DNA from: Bacteroidales bacterium
GTDB lineage: Bacteria; Bacteroidota; Bacteroidia; Bacteroidales; UBA3663
Direction of reading: 5' to 3'
NCBI GenBank assembly: GCA_045600485.1
Contig: JAZRXX010000088.1
Location: 20,260-84,259 of the forward strand
DNA: 64,000 nucleotides
Shown here: piece by piece, positions 37,813-48,533 of the stretch
Position numbering within the stretch: the stretch's first letter is position 1
Layout: the number at the start of each line of letters is the position of its first letter
Program-made: the position numbers and the translations under genes
Notes under the pieces: model-generated
Databases searched by the model: none
The model's input: the letters and a program-made list of their open reading frames with translations, nothing else
Told to the model about the DNA's origin: nothing

Positions 37813-39699
37813 ATGCCCCAAAACATAAATCTCGATAATAGAAGATTTGTGATCGGCGCATTGGTAATTGTTGTTATCATCATCTATATTGTTCGTCTAT
37901 TTAACCTGCAGGTTGTGGAGGACAAATACAAGGTCATGGCCAACGACAATGCCTTTCAGACACAGACCATCTATCCATCGCGAGGTATCATATATGACCG
38001 ACAAGGACGTGAACTGGTATATAATCAGTCCGCGTTTGATTTGCTTGTCACTACCCGAACATTGCGCAAAGAGGGAATGGATACCCTCGACTTCTGCCGG
38101 ACATTAGGAATCACACGTGAAGCCTTCGACAAGCGTATGAGCGACATCCGTAATTATGGTAAAAATCCTGGTTACAGTCCGTTTACGCCACAGGTCTTTT
38201 CGAATCAGCTGACTGGTGAAACGTATGCCCGAATTCAGGAATCTTTGTACCGTTTCCCTGCCTTCGAACTTCGATCTCGTACCATTCGCCAATATAAATA
38301 CTCGACTGCAGCGTTGCTGTTGGGTAGTGTGCGCGAGGTGAACAAAAAGGAGATCGAAAAGAATCCGGAAACGTACCAAGGTGGTGACTTGGTGGGCGAC
38401 TTTGGCATCGAAAAGAGTTATGAAGAGTATCTTCGTGGAAAGAAGGGTAAGTCCATTAACCTGCGTGATGCTCATGGTCGCATTCAAGGCAAATACGAAG
38501 ATGGACGATTGGATGTGGATCCAGAGGCTGGCCATGACTTGACACTCTCGATCGACATTGCGTTACAGCAATATGCAGAGTCGCTTTTTGTCGATAAAAT
38601 AGGTGCACTGGTCGCTATCGAACCATCGACGGGCGAAGTTTTGGCTTTGGTGACCAGTCCAAGCTTCGATCCACGTCTGCTTGTGGGCCATGATCGTGCC
38701 AAGAACTACTCGGACTTGATGGCGAACCCTTACAAGCCTCTCATTAACCGTGCCATCGCTTCTCCGCAGCCTCCAGGATCGACCTTTAAGCCAACACAGG
38801 GTTTGATTGGTCTGCAAGAGGGTGTGATCAACGAGAATACTTATCTGCATTGTGCTGCTGGTTTCCGATATGGTAACTTCAAGATGGGTTGCCACGATGG
38901 AACTACTTCGTGGACAATTGTACCTGCCATAGCCACATCGTGCAATGGTTATTTCGGTTGGTGTCTGTTCAATATTCTGAACAACAAGAAAAAATATAAG
39001 TCGGTACCAGAAGCCTTCGACTATTGGAAAGACTATATGGTGAGCATGGGATATGGCTACCGTTTGGGTATTGACCTGCCGGGAGAGGTACGTGGCTTTA
39101 TTCCAAACCGAAAGTATTATTCACGCAACTTCGGTACCGAAAACTGGAATGCTGTAAACATTATTTCCATTTCGATTGGTCAGGGCGAAATCTTGGCAAC
39201 ACCTTTGCAGATTGCTAATCTGGCTGCCACGATTGCCAATCGAGGCTATTATTATATACCTCATGTTGTGAAGTCAATCTCTGGCTTCGAACAGATTCCT
39301 GATACCTTCTTGCACCGTCATTATACGATGGTTGATACCGTCAACTACCGATTAGTGGTCGAAGGTATGCGTCAGGCCGCAGTAAACGGTACGGTCCGTT
39401 CGGCAGGTAACATGGATCCTGAGGGCATTGAACTTTGTGGTAAGACTGGTACTGCTCAAAATCCGCATGGAAAAGATCACTCTGTCTTCATGGGCTTTGC
39501 ACCGAAGAATGACCCGAAGATTGCTGTCTGCTGCTATGTGGAAAATGCCGGCTTCGGAGCCACCTATGGTGTCCCTATTGGCACACTTGTGATTGAAAAG
39601 TATTTGAATGATACCATCTCGAACCGTCGAAAATATCTCGAAGAACGTATGCTGAATTCGTCAACGATGATGTATATGGATAATTATTTCAAGAATTGA
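37813..39699 (+). CDS. mrdA: Penicillin-binding protein 2
   Basis: RGIIYDR, PPGSTFK, SCN, GKTGTAQ. Confidence 0.95.
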   Translation: MPQNINLDNRRFVIGALVIVVIIIYIVRLFNLQVVEDKYKVMANDNAFQTQTIYPSRGIIYDRQGRELVYNQSAFDLLVTTRTLRKEGMDTLDFCRTLGITREAFDKRMSDIRNYGKNPGYSPFTPQVFSNQLTGETYARIQESLYRFPAFELRSRTIRQYKYSTAALLLGSVREVNKKEIEKNPETYQGGDLVGDFGIEKSYEEYLRGKKGKSINLRDAHGRIQGKYEDGRLDVDPEAGHDLTLSIDIALQQYAESLFVDKIGALVAIEPSTGEVLALVTSPSFDPRLLVGHDRAKNYSDLMANPYKPLINRAIASPQPPGSTFKPTQGLIGLQEGVINENTYLHCAAGFRYGNFKMGCHDGTTSWTIVPAIATSCNGYFGWCLFNILNNKKKYKSVPEAFDYWKDYMVSMGYGYRLGIDLPGEVRGFIPNRKYYSRNFGTENWNAVNIISISIGQGEILATPLQIANLAATIANRGYYYIPHVVKSISGFEQIPDTFLHRHYTMVDTVNYRLVVEGMRQAAVNGTVRSAGNMDPEGIELCGKTGTAQNPHGKDHSVFMGFAPKNDPKIAVCCYVENAGFGATYGVPIGTLVIEKYLNDTISNRRKYLEERMLNSSTMMYMDNYFKN

Positions 39700-39768
39700 A
39701 GATATTGAGGTGTGGAGATGTGACAGTCGAGTAGAGTAAAAGTAAAAACTTGAGTAAACAAATTATAA

Positions 39769-41196
39769 ATGAATTTCATAAAGACCTTTGATTGGTTCAC
39801 GTTGCTGATGTATATAGTACTGGTTGTGACAGGATGGTTTACCATCAATGCTGCCAGCTATAACTTCGATGGTGCCAGCATATTTGATTTTGCTCGTCCT
39901 TCGGGCAAACAATGTGTCTGGTTCTGTCTGGCCATCATTTTGATCATCGTGATTCTGTGCATCGATGCGAAGACCTATCAAGGTATAGCGCCTTTACTCT
40001 ATCTGGGCATCATGGCATTGCTGTTGGTCACGATATTCATAGGTACGAACATCAATGGATCGCACTCATGGATCAAGATCGGTTCGTTCAGCATTCAGCC
40101 GGCAGAGTTCGGAAAATTCAGTACGTCGCTCATGCTGGCATGGCTCTTCAATCAATATGGATATAAGTTTACGGAGACAGCCGATTTCTTGAAGGCATGT
40201 GCCATTATCCTGATTCCTGTTGCATTGATTATTGCCCAGAATGAGACAGGTTCCGCTTTGGTCTATTTCTCAATGATCCTGCTGTTTTACCGTCAGGGTA
40301 TGTCGGGCGTAGTGCTTTGGGTTGGTGCTTGTTTCGTTGCGATATTCGTACTCGGTCTGATATATGGCGAAAAACTGATCCTCTTCTTGATTCCGCTTAT
40401 GGTGATTGCCATGGTTTTCGGTTTCATGAACGATATGAAGAATGGTGTGCGCATGTTGGTTTTTGTAATGGCCATGAATGCTATCTATTATGCATTGCAT
40501 CGCTGGCCTTTCCTGCCAGACTTTATCCAGCATCATCTGACCTATCGTCTTTTCGGTTTCATCAATATCGGTGTTTCGTTGCTTTATCTGGTCTGGCTGA
40601 CACTCTACGAACGTTCGCGCAAGTATCTCATCATTGCAGGTTTTGGATTCTTGTTCGTGTGTGGTCACTATTCTGTCGATTATGCCTTCAATCATATCTT
40701 GCAGGATCACCAGCGTGGTCGTATTGAAGTTTTGTTAGGCCTAAAAGAAGATTTGAAGGGTGCTGGATATAATGTGAATCAGGCAAAGATTGCAATCGGC
40801 TCTGGTGGTTTGACAGGAAAGGGTTATCTGCAGGGAACGCAGACCAAGCTGGCCTATGTGCCGGAGCAGGAAACTGACTTCATATTCTGTACCATTGGCG
40901 AGGAGTATGGATTTACAGGCAGTGCAGGCATTCTGCTGTTGTACTTGATTTTCATTTTACGCATCCTGGTGTTGGCCGAACGACAGCGTAGTATTTTTGC
41001 CCAGGTCTATGGATATTGTGTAGTCTGCATCTTCTTCTTCCATGTCGTGATTAATGTCGGCATGGTGATTGGTTTGATGCCAGTGATTGGTATTCCGTTG
41101 CCTTTCTTCAGTTATGGTGGTTCCGGTCTTTGGTCATTCACCATCCTGTTGTTTATCTTGTTGAAACTGGATGCGTCGCGCATCAACCGATATTAA
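39769..41196 (+). CDS. rodA: SEDS protein RodA
   Basis: IQPAEFGK, IAIGSGG, PEQETDFIF, LPFFSYGGS. Confidence 0.95.
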   Translation: MNFIKTFDWFTLLMYIVLVVTGWFTINAASYNFDGASIFDFARPSGKQCVWFCLAIILIIVILCIDAKTYQGIAPLLYLGIMALLLVTIFIGTNINGSHSWIKIGSFSIQPAEFGKFSTSLMLAWLFNQYGYKFTETADFLKACAIILIPVALIIAQNETGSALVYFSMILLFYRQGMSGVVLWVGACFVAIFVLGLIYGEKLILFLIPLMVIAMVFGFMNDMKNGVRMLVFVMAMNAIYYALHRWPFLPDFIQHHLTYRLFGFINIGVSLLYLVWLTLYERSRKYLIIAGFGFLFVCGHYSVDYAFNHILQDHQRGRIEVLLGLKEDLKGAGYNVNQAKIAIGSGGLTGKGYLQGTQTKLAYVPEQETDFIFCTIGEEYGFTGSAGILLLYLIFILRILVLAERQRSIFAQVYGYCVVCIFFFHVVINVGMVIGLMPVIGIPLPFFSYGGSGLWSFTILLFILLKLDASRINRY

Positions 41197-41223
41197 ATTA
41201 TTCACATCTTAATTTCTATTGAT

Positions 41224-41841
41224 ATGGATATTACGAACATAATTCTTCTTGTGATCATTGTCTTGCTGGTTGTAGTTGTGCTTGTTTCGATGTTCTTCAG
41301 CTTTCGATATAGGGAGCGTCGTTGTAATATACTCTATCGTTTGGCCTTGGGCAAGACTGCCATGGAGGGGCCTGCAGATGATCCGATTCCAGAAGAAGAT
41401 CTGGTGCAGGAAGAAGAGAATGCTGCAGCAACCGAAGCAGAGGCTTCGAATGCCGAGAGTAAACCTTCGGGTGGCAAACGTATAGATTTGGAGGAGGCGC
41501 GCGAAAAACTATGGGAGCGCATAGAGGCATATATGAAAGAGAAAATGCCATTTACAGATCCTGACTTTGACCGCAATGTATTGGCCAAGGATATGTATAG
41601 TAATATCTCTTATGTGTCTGGTGCAATCAATGCTCATGGACGTTCGTTTACGACCTGGGTGGCAGAATATCGCGTCAAGATGGCGATAGAATTGATGCAG
41701 AAGTCTCCAAAGATTCCGGTACGGGAATTGAGTGTTAAGGTCGGGGTATTGAATCCAGTTGTGTTCAATCGTCAGTTTAGGGGAGTGACCGGTATGTCGG
41801 TCTCTGAATTTCGATCACAAATAGAAAAAGCCGCTCAGTGA
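41224..41841 (+). CDS. Membrane-anchored AraC-family HTH protein
   Basis: N-terminal TM; SFTTWVAEYRV..FNRQFRGVTGMSVSEFR. Confidence 0.8.
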   Translation: MDITNIILLVIIVLLVVVVLVSMFFSFRYRERRCNILYRLALGKTAMEGPADDPIPEEDLVQEEENAAATEAEASNAESKPSGGKRIDLEEAREKLWERIEAYMKEKMPFTDPDFDRNVLAKDMYSNISYVSGAINAHGRSFTTWVAEYRVKMAIELMQKSPKIPVRELSVKVGVLNPVVFNRQFRGVTGMSVSEFRSQIEKAAQ

Positions 41842-41855
41842 GCGGCTTTTTTCTA
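41822..41855. terminator. Bidirectional terminator between convergent genes
   Basis: AAAAAGCCGCTCA-G-TGAGCGGCTTTTT. Confidence 0.85.
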
Positions 41856-41868
41856 TATATATGTGTGT

Positions 41869-42741
41869 TCAATCCATGAAACGTCGGGTAAGACCAGAGA
41901 ACTCTTCAATACGACGATCGCGAAGGAATGGCCACCAGCGACGCACATTTTCGCATCGTTTCATGTCGATGTCAACCAAAAGGGTGGTCGGTTCGGTACC
42001 CGCCTCTGCCAGAAACTCTCCTTGGGGTCCAGCAACGAAGGAGTGTCCCCAGAACTGGATGCCGTTGGTCTGTCCCGAAGGATCTTCTTCCCAACCGACA
42101 CGATTGACAGCAATGACCGGAAGACCATTGGCGACGGCATGTCCGCGCTGGACTGTCTGCCATGCCCCCAATTGACGTTGTTTCTCGTCGTCTGTATCTG
42201 TGCTTTCCCAACCAATCGCAGTCGGGTAGATGAGTAGTTCTGCTCCTTGCAATGCCATCAGACGAGCGCCTTCTGGATACCATTGATCCCAGCAGACCTG
42301 TACGCCTAACTTGCCTACAGAGGTTTGTATTGGGTGGAATCCAAGATCGCCTGGTGTGAAGTAGAATTTCTCGTAGTAGGCAGGATCATCTGGAATATGC
42401 ATCTTACGATACTTGCCAGCTATTGTTCCGTCTTTTTCGAACACAACAGCTGTGTTGTGGTAAAGACCGGCAGCACGACGTTCGAAGAGGCTGGTGACAA
42501 GTACAACATTGCATTCTTTGGCAATGGCACCATAAAATTCCGTGCTCGGTCCTGGAATAGGTTCTGCCAAATCGAAATTGCCAGTGCTCTCGACCTGACA
42601 GAAGTAGAGCGAGTTATGAAGTTCCTGCAGAACGACCAATTCTGCGCCTTGTTGGGCAGCTTGGCGGATGGACTGTGCCAAATCTTGCTTGTTCTGTTCG
42701 ATGTTGGCCGTTTTGGCCTGTTGGATAAGTGCTACTTTCAT
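41869..42741 (-). CDS. Carbon-nitrogen hydrolase (N-carbamoylputrescine amidase-like)
   Basis: LQEL, YRKMHIPDDP, VCWDQWYPE catalytic triad. Confidence 0.92.
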   Translation of the reverse strand: MKVALIQQAKTANIEQNKQDLAQSIRQAAQQGAELVVLQELHNSLYFCQVESTGNFDLAEPIPGPSTEFYGAIAKECNVVLVTSLFERRAAGLYHNTAVVFEKDGTIAGKYRKMHIPDDPAYYEKFYFTPGDLGFHPIQTSVGKLGVQVCWDQWYPEGARLMALQGAELLIYPTAIGWESTDTDDEKQRQLGAWQTVQRGHAVANGLPVIAVNRVGWEEDPSGQTNGIQFWGHSFVAGPQGEFLAEAGTEPTTLLVDIDMKRCENVRRWWPFLRDRRIEEFSGLTRRFMD

Positions 42742-42742
42742 A

Positions 42743-44083
42743 TTAACAGAGTTCGATGTTTTCGAAGAAAAGGGTAGGGAAATAGCCGTCTGGAAGGCGT
42801 TCTATATCGGAGCAGACGTGTGATAGATGATTCCAGAGGTCGAGGATATTGCCGGTGAGGTTCATGCCGGAAATGCCCTGGATTCGTTCACCGTGTCGGT
42901 AGAGCTGTCCTTCGATTCCGAAAGAGAAATCGCCAGTCACATCATTACAATTTCCTCCAAGGAAGCCGGTGATGAGAATCGTATCGTTCAGCGAGTCGAG
43001 TACCTCCTGTCGTGTTTGTGTGCCTGGTTCTATGCAAAGTACATTTGGACTGGAGAGTGTTGGCTGCATTTGCAGTTTGCGTCCAAAGTAGGTACTGATG
43101 AAACGGGTTTGCATCTTGCCCTCCTGAATGATGGGGGTGTAGCTGGTACGGACACCTTCTGCATCGAACAGACAAGCAGAGAACGCCCCATGGCGCTGTG
43201 GTTCATCGGTAAGTGTAAGGAGTTTCGATGTAATCTGGTCGCCAATGTTTGCCTTCTGGAGCATCGATCGCTGTTGATAGAGACTATAATCGGACAAAGC
43301 ACCGAGTAGTGGACTGAGTAGATTCATCAGTATGGTTTGTTCGATGGCTATGTGATAGCGACCTGCAGGAATCGAAGTGGCTCCAATGCGCATTTGAGCG
43401 GCAAGGAGCGCTTTCTGACCAAGGTCGGGGATAAGCGATTGAAGTTCGTCGAGGCCGATTGCATAGTACATCCAACTGTCGGATGGACGACTGTCTCCCT
43501 CGCCTCGCATATTGGCAGTGGCATAGGCAGCAGCCATGCTGCCGCAAGAATAGCCACGGAACGATTGGCTGTCGGTCATGTAGCGCCATCCAACACGGCT
43601 TGAGAGATAGGTCGATAAATGCATCAGCCGTTGATCTGTGCCCAATATTGGACGAGCAATGTTACAGGCCAATGCGACTGGATTGATGTCTGGATTTTCG
43701 GGAATGTAGTTGCCCAGAGCAAGTACCTCTTGCTGGTTCTGTTCGAACGAAGAAGCCTTGTAATAACGGGCTGGATCGGGCAATACGCGGTCAGGATCGG
43801 GAGTGAGCAGACGGGTACAGGCGATGCCACTGCTGATGAGAGCTTCGAGTTCCTTTTTCTCCAAACGATTGGTGCTATAAGTGCCATATTTGCCATCGAC
43901 AAACAAGCGCAGTATCATACCACAACCATTGTTCTGCTGCAAGGTTGTGATCTCGGTATTCTGGCACTGTACTGTCAGGTCGCTGTAGCACATCAATTCA
44001 ACTCTGGCAGATTGCGCTCCTTGTCGAAGTGCTTCGTCCAAAGCCCAATCGGTAATTTCTATAGATGAGGATAGGTTTGACAA
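42743..44083 (-). CDS. TldE/PmbA-family protein (start uncertain; TTG 44083 assumed)
   Basis: FDAEGV, GDFSFGIEG; follows tldD; the longer ORF's N-terminus is just the heptamer repeat. Confidence 0.85.
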   Translation of the reverse strand: MSNLSSSIEITDWALDEALRQGAQSARVELMCYSDLTVQCQNTEITTLQQNNGCGMILRLFVDGKYGTYSTNRLEKKELEALISSGIACTRLLTPDPDRVLPDPARYYKASSFEQNQQEVLALGNYIPENPDINPVALACNIARPILGTDQRLMHLSTYLSSRVGWRYMTDSQSFRGYSCGSMAAAYATANMRGEGDSRPSDSWMYYAIGLDELQSLIPDLGQKALLAAQMRIGATSIPAGRYHIAIEQTILMNLLSPLLGALSDYSLYQQRSMLQKANIGDQITSKLLTLTDEPQRHGAFSACLFDAEGVRTSYTPIIQEGKMQTRFISTYFGRKLQMQPTLSSPNVLCIEPGTQTRQEVLDSLNDTILITGFLGGNCNDVTGDFSFGIEGQLYRHGERIQGISGMNLTGNILDLWNHLSHVCSDIERLPDGYFPTLFFENIELC

Positions 44084-44130
44084 AATGAAAAGTGAAAAAT
44101 GAAAAGTGAAAAATGAAAAGTGAAAAATGA
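44082..44130. repeat. 14-bp (double heptamer) tandem repeat at tldD/tldE junction
   Basis: (AAATGAAAAGTGAA) x ~3.5. Confidence 0.9.
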
Positions 44131-44132
44131 TA

Positions 44133-45539
44133 TTAGCCAACGGTCAACTTGCTGACCAGAACGCTTGGCATGCCACAAGATACGGGGCAGGATTGTCCCT
44201 CTTTGCCACAAGTCCAGGTCGAGGGATCAACCTGAGGATTGTTGGCAACAGCCTTGATGTCGGCTAAGGTCTGTGGTCCGTTGCCAATGATGTTGATGTC
44301 CTTGATTGGCTGAGTGAGGCGTCCGTTTTCGATCAGATAACCACCCTTGACAAAGAATGAATAGTCTCCTGCTCCAATCTGGACTTGTCCATTGGTGAAG
44401 TCGGTTACAAAGATACCTTGTTGGACGTCTGCGATAATCTCCTGTTCGGTGTAGTTCCCACCTTTCATATAAGTATTACGCATACGAGGGAATGGCATGG
44501 AACGGAAATTCTCCCTTCGTCCGTTTCCGGTTGGTTCGATACCGAAATGTTGAGCGGAGATACGATCGTGGAGGAAGGAGGTCAGACGGCCTTCGGTCAC
44601 AATGCTGGTACATTGCGATTCTACACCTTCATCGTCAAAGTGGATAGAACCTCGCATGTCGGGCAACAAACCATCATCGGCCACAGTGACCGATGGATCA
44701 CAGATCTGTTTGCCAAGGCTATCGGTAAAGATAGATTCTCCGCGACGAATGAAATCTGCCTCGAAAGCATGTCCTATAGCTTCGTGCAATAGGATACCAC
44801 TGGCACCTGCTCCCATCACTACTGGCATCTCGCCACCTTTGGGTTGAGTGGCTTCGAGTGCAAAATGGAGTTTGTGTAGGGTTTCTTGAGTCAGTTCCTT
44901 CTGTAGTTCTGGTGTGAGCATGGAGAGTGGACGACGGTAGGACCGCGAACAACCAGCGCTTTCGGTTTGTCCGTTATGCTTTATGACGGCTGTGATGCTG
45001 GCATTGGTTATTGGACGTTCCTCTTCGTACATTGCACCCAAGCTGTTGGCTATAGCAATGCGTCGGATTCTGTTACGAATGTTGCCACTTACATTGACGA
45101 TGCGTTCGTCGGCCGAAAGCAACATTTCGCGCAGTTCTCGCAGGTAATTCACAAGGAACTCGATTTGCTGGCTATTGGGTTGAAATGAAAGTCCAGAATT
45201 CTGATAAAGCTGGGATTTTACGGCTTGGAGCGACAGATTCTGCATCGGGAGTGGGGAATGGGAACCATCGGCTATGCGAGAAGCCTGTACTACAGCGGCG
45301 ATAAGACTTTCTGGTGTGATTTGTTCGGTATAGGCATAGCCTGTCTTCTCGCCACACACAACACGGACACCGGCGCCGAAGTCAATGTTCTGTGATGCCC
45401 GGTTTTCCCCTTGTGGCAATATGCCGACATTGGTTGTTGAGGCATGCTCCAAAAAGATATCGACATAATCGGCTCCCAACGACAATCCCTTCTGGATTAC
45501 TTTCTGAAGATCTTCAGTCGCGATTTGGAAATATTGCAT
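44133..45539 (-). CDS. tldD: TldD metalloprotease
   Basis: HEAIGHAFE, DDEG, GNGRRE, PRMRNTY, CGKEGQ. Confidence 0.92.
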   Translation of the reverse strand: MQYFQIATEDLQKVIQKGLSLGADYVDIFLEHASTTNVGILPQGENRASQNIDFGAGVRVVCGEKTGYAYTEQITPESLIAAVVQASRIADGSHSPLPMQNLSLQAVKSQLYQNSGLSFQPNSQQIEFLVNYLRELREMLLSADERIVNVSGNIRNRIRRIAIANSLGAMYEEERPITNASITAVIKHNGQTESAGCSRSYRRPLSMLTPELQKELTQETLHKLHFALEATQPKGGEMPVVMGAGASGILLHEAIGHAFEADFIRRGESIFTDSLGKQICDPSVTVADDGLLPDMRGSIHFDDEGVESQCTSIVTEGRLTSFLHDRISAQHFGIEPTGNGRRENFRSMPFPRMRNTYMKGGNYTEQEIIADVQQGIFVTDFTNGQVQIGAGDYSFFVKGGYLIENGRLTQPIKDINIIGNGPQTLADIKAVANNPQVDPSTWTCGKEGQSCPVSCGMPSVLVSKLTVG

Positions 45540-46882
45540 AATTGTTGTAGTTTGTCGTTATCAAGGGTGATATTGCGTAGCAACTGTTGCTGGCCGGCCT
45601 CTTTCTCTGCTGTACGCATTTGTATGAGTGTCTGCCATTCGGTCATGAAGACTGAGGTGTAATCGTAGCGGAAATCTGTACTGCCATGCACATCCAAGTC
45701 TTCCATCAGCTGTCCGATGGTATATTCTCCAACCGGTTTGCCAGGATTCCAAACATGTTCCTCTTCTCTGCCCTGTATGTCGATGGTCTCGTCGATAATC
45801 TGCAGATCGCGCAGATTTGAGATGATATTACCTGTCAGTTTGGACGGAAGATGCAGGATGTTGGAAATCTCCTCTGTGGTGTGCTTCTTTTTCGGAAAGT
45901 CACTGTAGATGAGTCCGCAGATCACAATCGAGAGGAAGTCCTTGTAGCGACGGGAGATGTTTTCGGTGTCTTCTTCGAACTCGAAATTCCTCATGTTCTG
46001 GGCGGCGAACGAAAGCTCGGCACCGTAGAGACAGATTACCCACGACATCTGCAACCAGAGAAGAAGCAATGGGAGAGCGGCGAAAGAACCGTAAATGTCA
46101 TTGTACTTCGAAACCCAGATCTGTCCGCTGAGGTAGATGTTCTGGAAGATGACGAAACCCGTACCTGCCACTGCTCCGGCAATGAGGGCATTCTGGAACT
46201 TTACTTTCGTGTTCGGTATGACCATATAGACCAAAGTGAACACAGTGATGATAATGATGTAAGGCACCCATTTGAATACCCAGCGGAGAGTATCGGTGAT
46301 TACGTCGTTGAAGTGTTCGCTGCTCAAGGCTGCGTGTGAGAAGATCTGCAAACCAGACACCGCAATGATCAGCAAAGGGATGATGATCATGATGCTCAAG
46401 TAGTCCGTAATCTTGCGTACAGTGCTACGTCCTTTTTTTTGTTGCCAGATTTGGTTGAAGACCGATTCAATGTTGCCAATCAAACCGTAGATTACCCATA
46501 ACAACATGATGATACCAATGCCCATGATGACGCTTGTCTGTGCGTGTTCGAGGTAGCTGTTGGCAAAGGTCATAATGTAGTGTATGGTACTGTTTTGGCT
46601 TCCTTCTCCATTCGACAGAGATTGTTCAAGCATATCCTGGACATTGAATCCCTTGGCGATGCCCAACACTAAGGCAAACAGAGGGACGATGGCCAGCAAA
46701 GTGTAGTAGGTAAGGGCAGAAGCCTTCTCCATCATGCGGTCACCCACAAAGAAACGGATGCTCAGGAAGATGGCCTTGATGATGCTGATCAGGTAGCGAA
46801 GCCCTCCGGTAACGTGCAGACGCCAGACATCGTAGGTCAGGAATCGGATGACATCATGTATGAATGTAAAGAGGTTTTGCAT
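45497..46882 (-). CDS. YihY/virulence factor BrkB family membrane protein
   Basis: ASALTYYTLLAIVP, IYGSFAALPLLLLWLQMSW..LYGAE. Confidence 0.92.
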   Translation of the reverse strand: MQNLFTFIHDVIRFLTYDVWRLHVTGGLRYLISIIKAIFLSIRFFVGDRMMEKASALTYYTLLAIVPLFALVLGIAKGFNVQDMLEQSLSNGEGSQNSTIHYIMTFANSYLEHAQTSVIMGIGIIMLLWVIYGLIGNIESVFNQIWQQKKGRSTVRKITDYLSIMIIIPLLIIAVSGLQIFSHAALSSEHFNDVITDTLRWVFKWVPYIIIITVFTLVYMVIPNTKVKFQNALIAGAVAGTGFVIFQNIYLSGQIWVSKYNDIYGSFAALPLLLLWLQMSWVICLYGAELSFAAQNMRNFEFEEDTENISRRYKDFLSIVICGLIYSDFPKKKHTTEEISNILHLPSKLTGNIISNLRDLQIIDETIDIQGREEEHVWNPGKPVGEYTIGQLMEDLDVHGSTDFRYDYTSVFMTEWQTLIQMRTAEKEAGQQQLLRNITLDNDKLQQLCNISKSRLKIFRK

Positions 46883-46912
46883 AGAATGGGCGATAGATGC
46901 TGATTGAACGAT

Positions 46913-47794
46913 TTACTTCTCCATCTCCAATCGGGTTTGGCCAATGAGTTTGCCGTCGGCATAGACTTCGAATCGGTATGTGCCCGGATCGAGGGTTTCG
47001 TTACGGTTCCAATACATGGTGACTGGGAGTTCCTCACCAGTATATTCTATATTCTTTCGCATTGAGAAGCCGATCTGACTGCCATCGTAAGCAAAGTCAC
47101 CCGACTTGGCGTTGGTCAGCAGGTCCTCACTGGGCTTGAGAATACGTACATAGAGGGTTTTCTCTCCGGTTTCGGCTGTTACGTTGGCACCAAGAGTAAA
47201 CGAGACGACAAACTGTGTGGTCGTCTTGAGCGACGAGGTCTTTTTGTTGCGCTTGTTTTGAGCCTCAGCCTTCAGTCCGGTTGCAGAGAGGTGTGATGCA
47301 ATATCCACCTTTTGTGCAAGTTGTTTGTTCTGCTGCTGGAGATTGGCATTGGTGTTGCGTACTTGTGTCATCTGTTTGCGTACCTCTTGGTTCTCGGCCA
47401 CAAGCTGCTCGTTGACTTTGTTCAGGCTGTCGACCTGCGAAACATAATATCGCAGGACACCACGCACATTGGCCAATTCCTTCTTGAGCGATGCTATCTT
47501 GCGTGCATCTTCAGCCTTGGTCTGCTTCAGTTCTTCGACAAGACGTTGGATTTTGATGCGCTGATCTTCGAGCTTTTGTTCGAGCGAATCGTTGTTCACT
47601 TCCAGTCGGTAGCCCTCGTACTGAATGGCCAACTGTGAATACTCGTCGGCGAGTTCCTCCTTTTCCAAAGCATACTGTTCCGAAAGGAAATTTACGGTGT
47701 CCACCTGCTTCCACAAAGCAACGGCCAATCCGATGATTGCACCGACCAAAACGACACCCACACTACTGATAACAATGATATTCTTCTTGTCCAT
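46913..47794 (-). CDS. Membrane-anchored coiled-coil protein, conserved hypothetical
   Basis: TM, long heptad region, beta-rich C-terminus. Confidence 0.85.
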   Translation of the reverse strand: MDKKNIIVISSVGVVLVGAIIGLAVALWKQVDTVNFLSEQYALEKEELADEYSQLAIQYEGYRLEVNNDSLEQKLEDQRIKIQRLVEELKQTKAEDARKIASLKKELANVRGVLRYYVSQVDSLNKVNEQLVAENQEVRKQMTQVRNTNANLQQQNKQLAQKVDIASHLSATGLKAEAQNKRNKKTSSLKTTTQFVVSFTLGANVTAETGEKTLYVRILKPSEDLLTNAKSGDFAYDGSQIGFSMRKNIEYTGEELPVTMYWNRNETLDPGTYRFEVYADGKLIGQTRLEMEK

Positions 47795-47812
47795 ATCTTT
47801 ATATTAGAGGTG

Positions 47813-47922
47813 CAAAGATACACTTTATTTGCGAAAATGCCATGCTTTTTCCCTTAAATTTTTAAAAGAGTGTAAAAAAATCACATTTTGTTTGGAAATA
47901 AAGTTAAATCTTAGTACCTTTG
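47813..47922. promoter_or_regulatory. Divergent -7 elements (47813-47820 minus; 47915-47922 plus)
   Basis: TATCTTTG and TACCTTTG. Confidence 0.65.
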
Positions 47923-47942
47923 CCCGGAAAAATAGACTGATT

Positions 47943-48533
47943 ATGCTTAAGAAAATAGGATTCATCGTACTGAACCTTTTGATCATGTTACTCATCGTGG
48001 GTGGCATCACATTATTTTGGTTGCCTGGCTGGTTGAATGATTTGACCGGCCATGACCAGCGTGTCGTTGTGCCTAAAGTGATCGGCATGAGTATCGACGA
48101 AGCAGATGCACAGTTGAAAGGTGCAGGATTGAACCCAATGGTGATCGATACTGTTTTTAGTGACGGTTGTTTGCCAGGCGAAGTGATTGAGCAGTTGCCG
48201 GAGGGCAATTTGCCGGTCAAACCGAACCGTTTGGTCTATCTTACCATCAATGCCTTCGATGTACAGAAGGTGACCTTTCCTGATGTTGTGCAATGGTCGA
48301 GCCGTCAGGCTCAGTCTCATTTGCGTGAATTGCGTTTTGTGGCCGACAGTATTATTCTCGAACCTTATGAGTTCGATGATTTGGTCCTCAAGGTAACCGA
48401 CTTATCGGGTAAGAAAGAGATGAAGGTGGGTGATCAGTACCCTATTCGGACTCACGTTATTCTGCACGTCGGCAGTACCAAGACAGAGATTGAGGGGGAG
48501 AATGAACAGACAGAAGAGGGATTCTTTGAATAA
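47943..48533 (+). CDS. PASTA-domain protein
   Basis: TM then VVVPKVIGM..G.VIEQ.P; usual neighbour of rluD-ddl. Confidence 0.88.
   Translation: MLKKIGFIVLNLLIMLLIVGGITLFWLPGWLNDLTGHDQRVVVPKVIGMSIDEADAQLKGAGLNPMVIDTVFSDGCLPGEVIEQLPEGNLPVKPNRLVYLTINAFDVQKVTFPDVVQWSSRQAQSHLRELRFVADSIILEPYEFDDLVLKVTDLSGKKEMKVGDQYPIRTHVILHVGSTKTEIEGENEQTEEGFFE

Noticed and set aside
44084-44140. Phe-rich N-terminus of TldE as a signal peptide
   Set aside because: It is the translation of the heptamer repeat.
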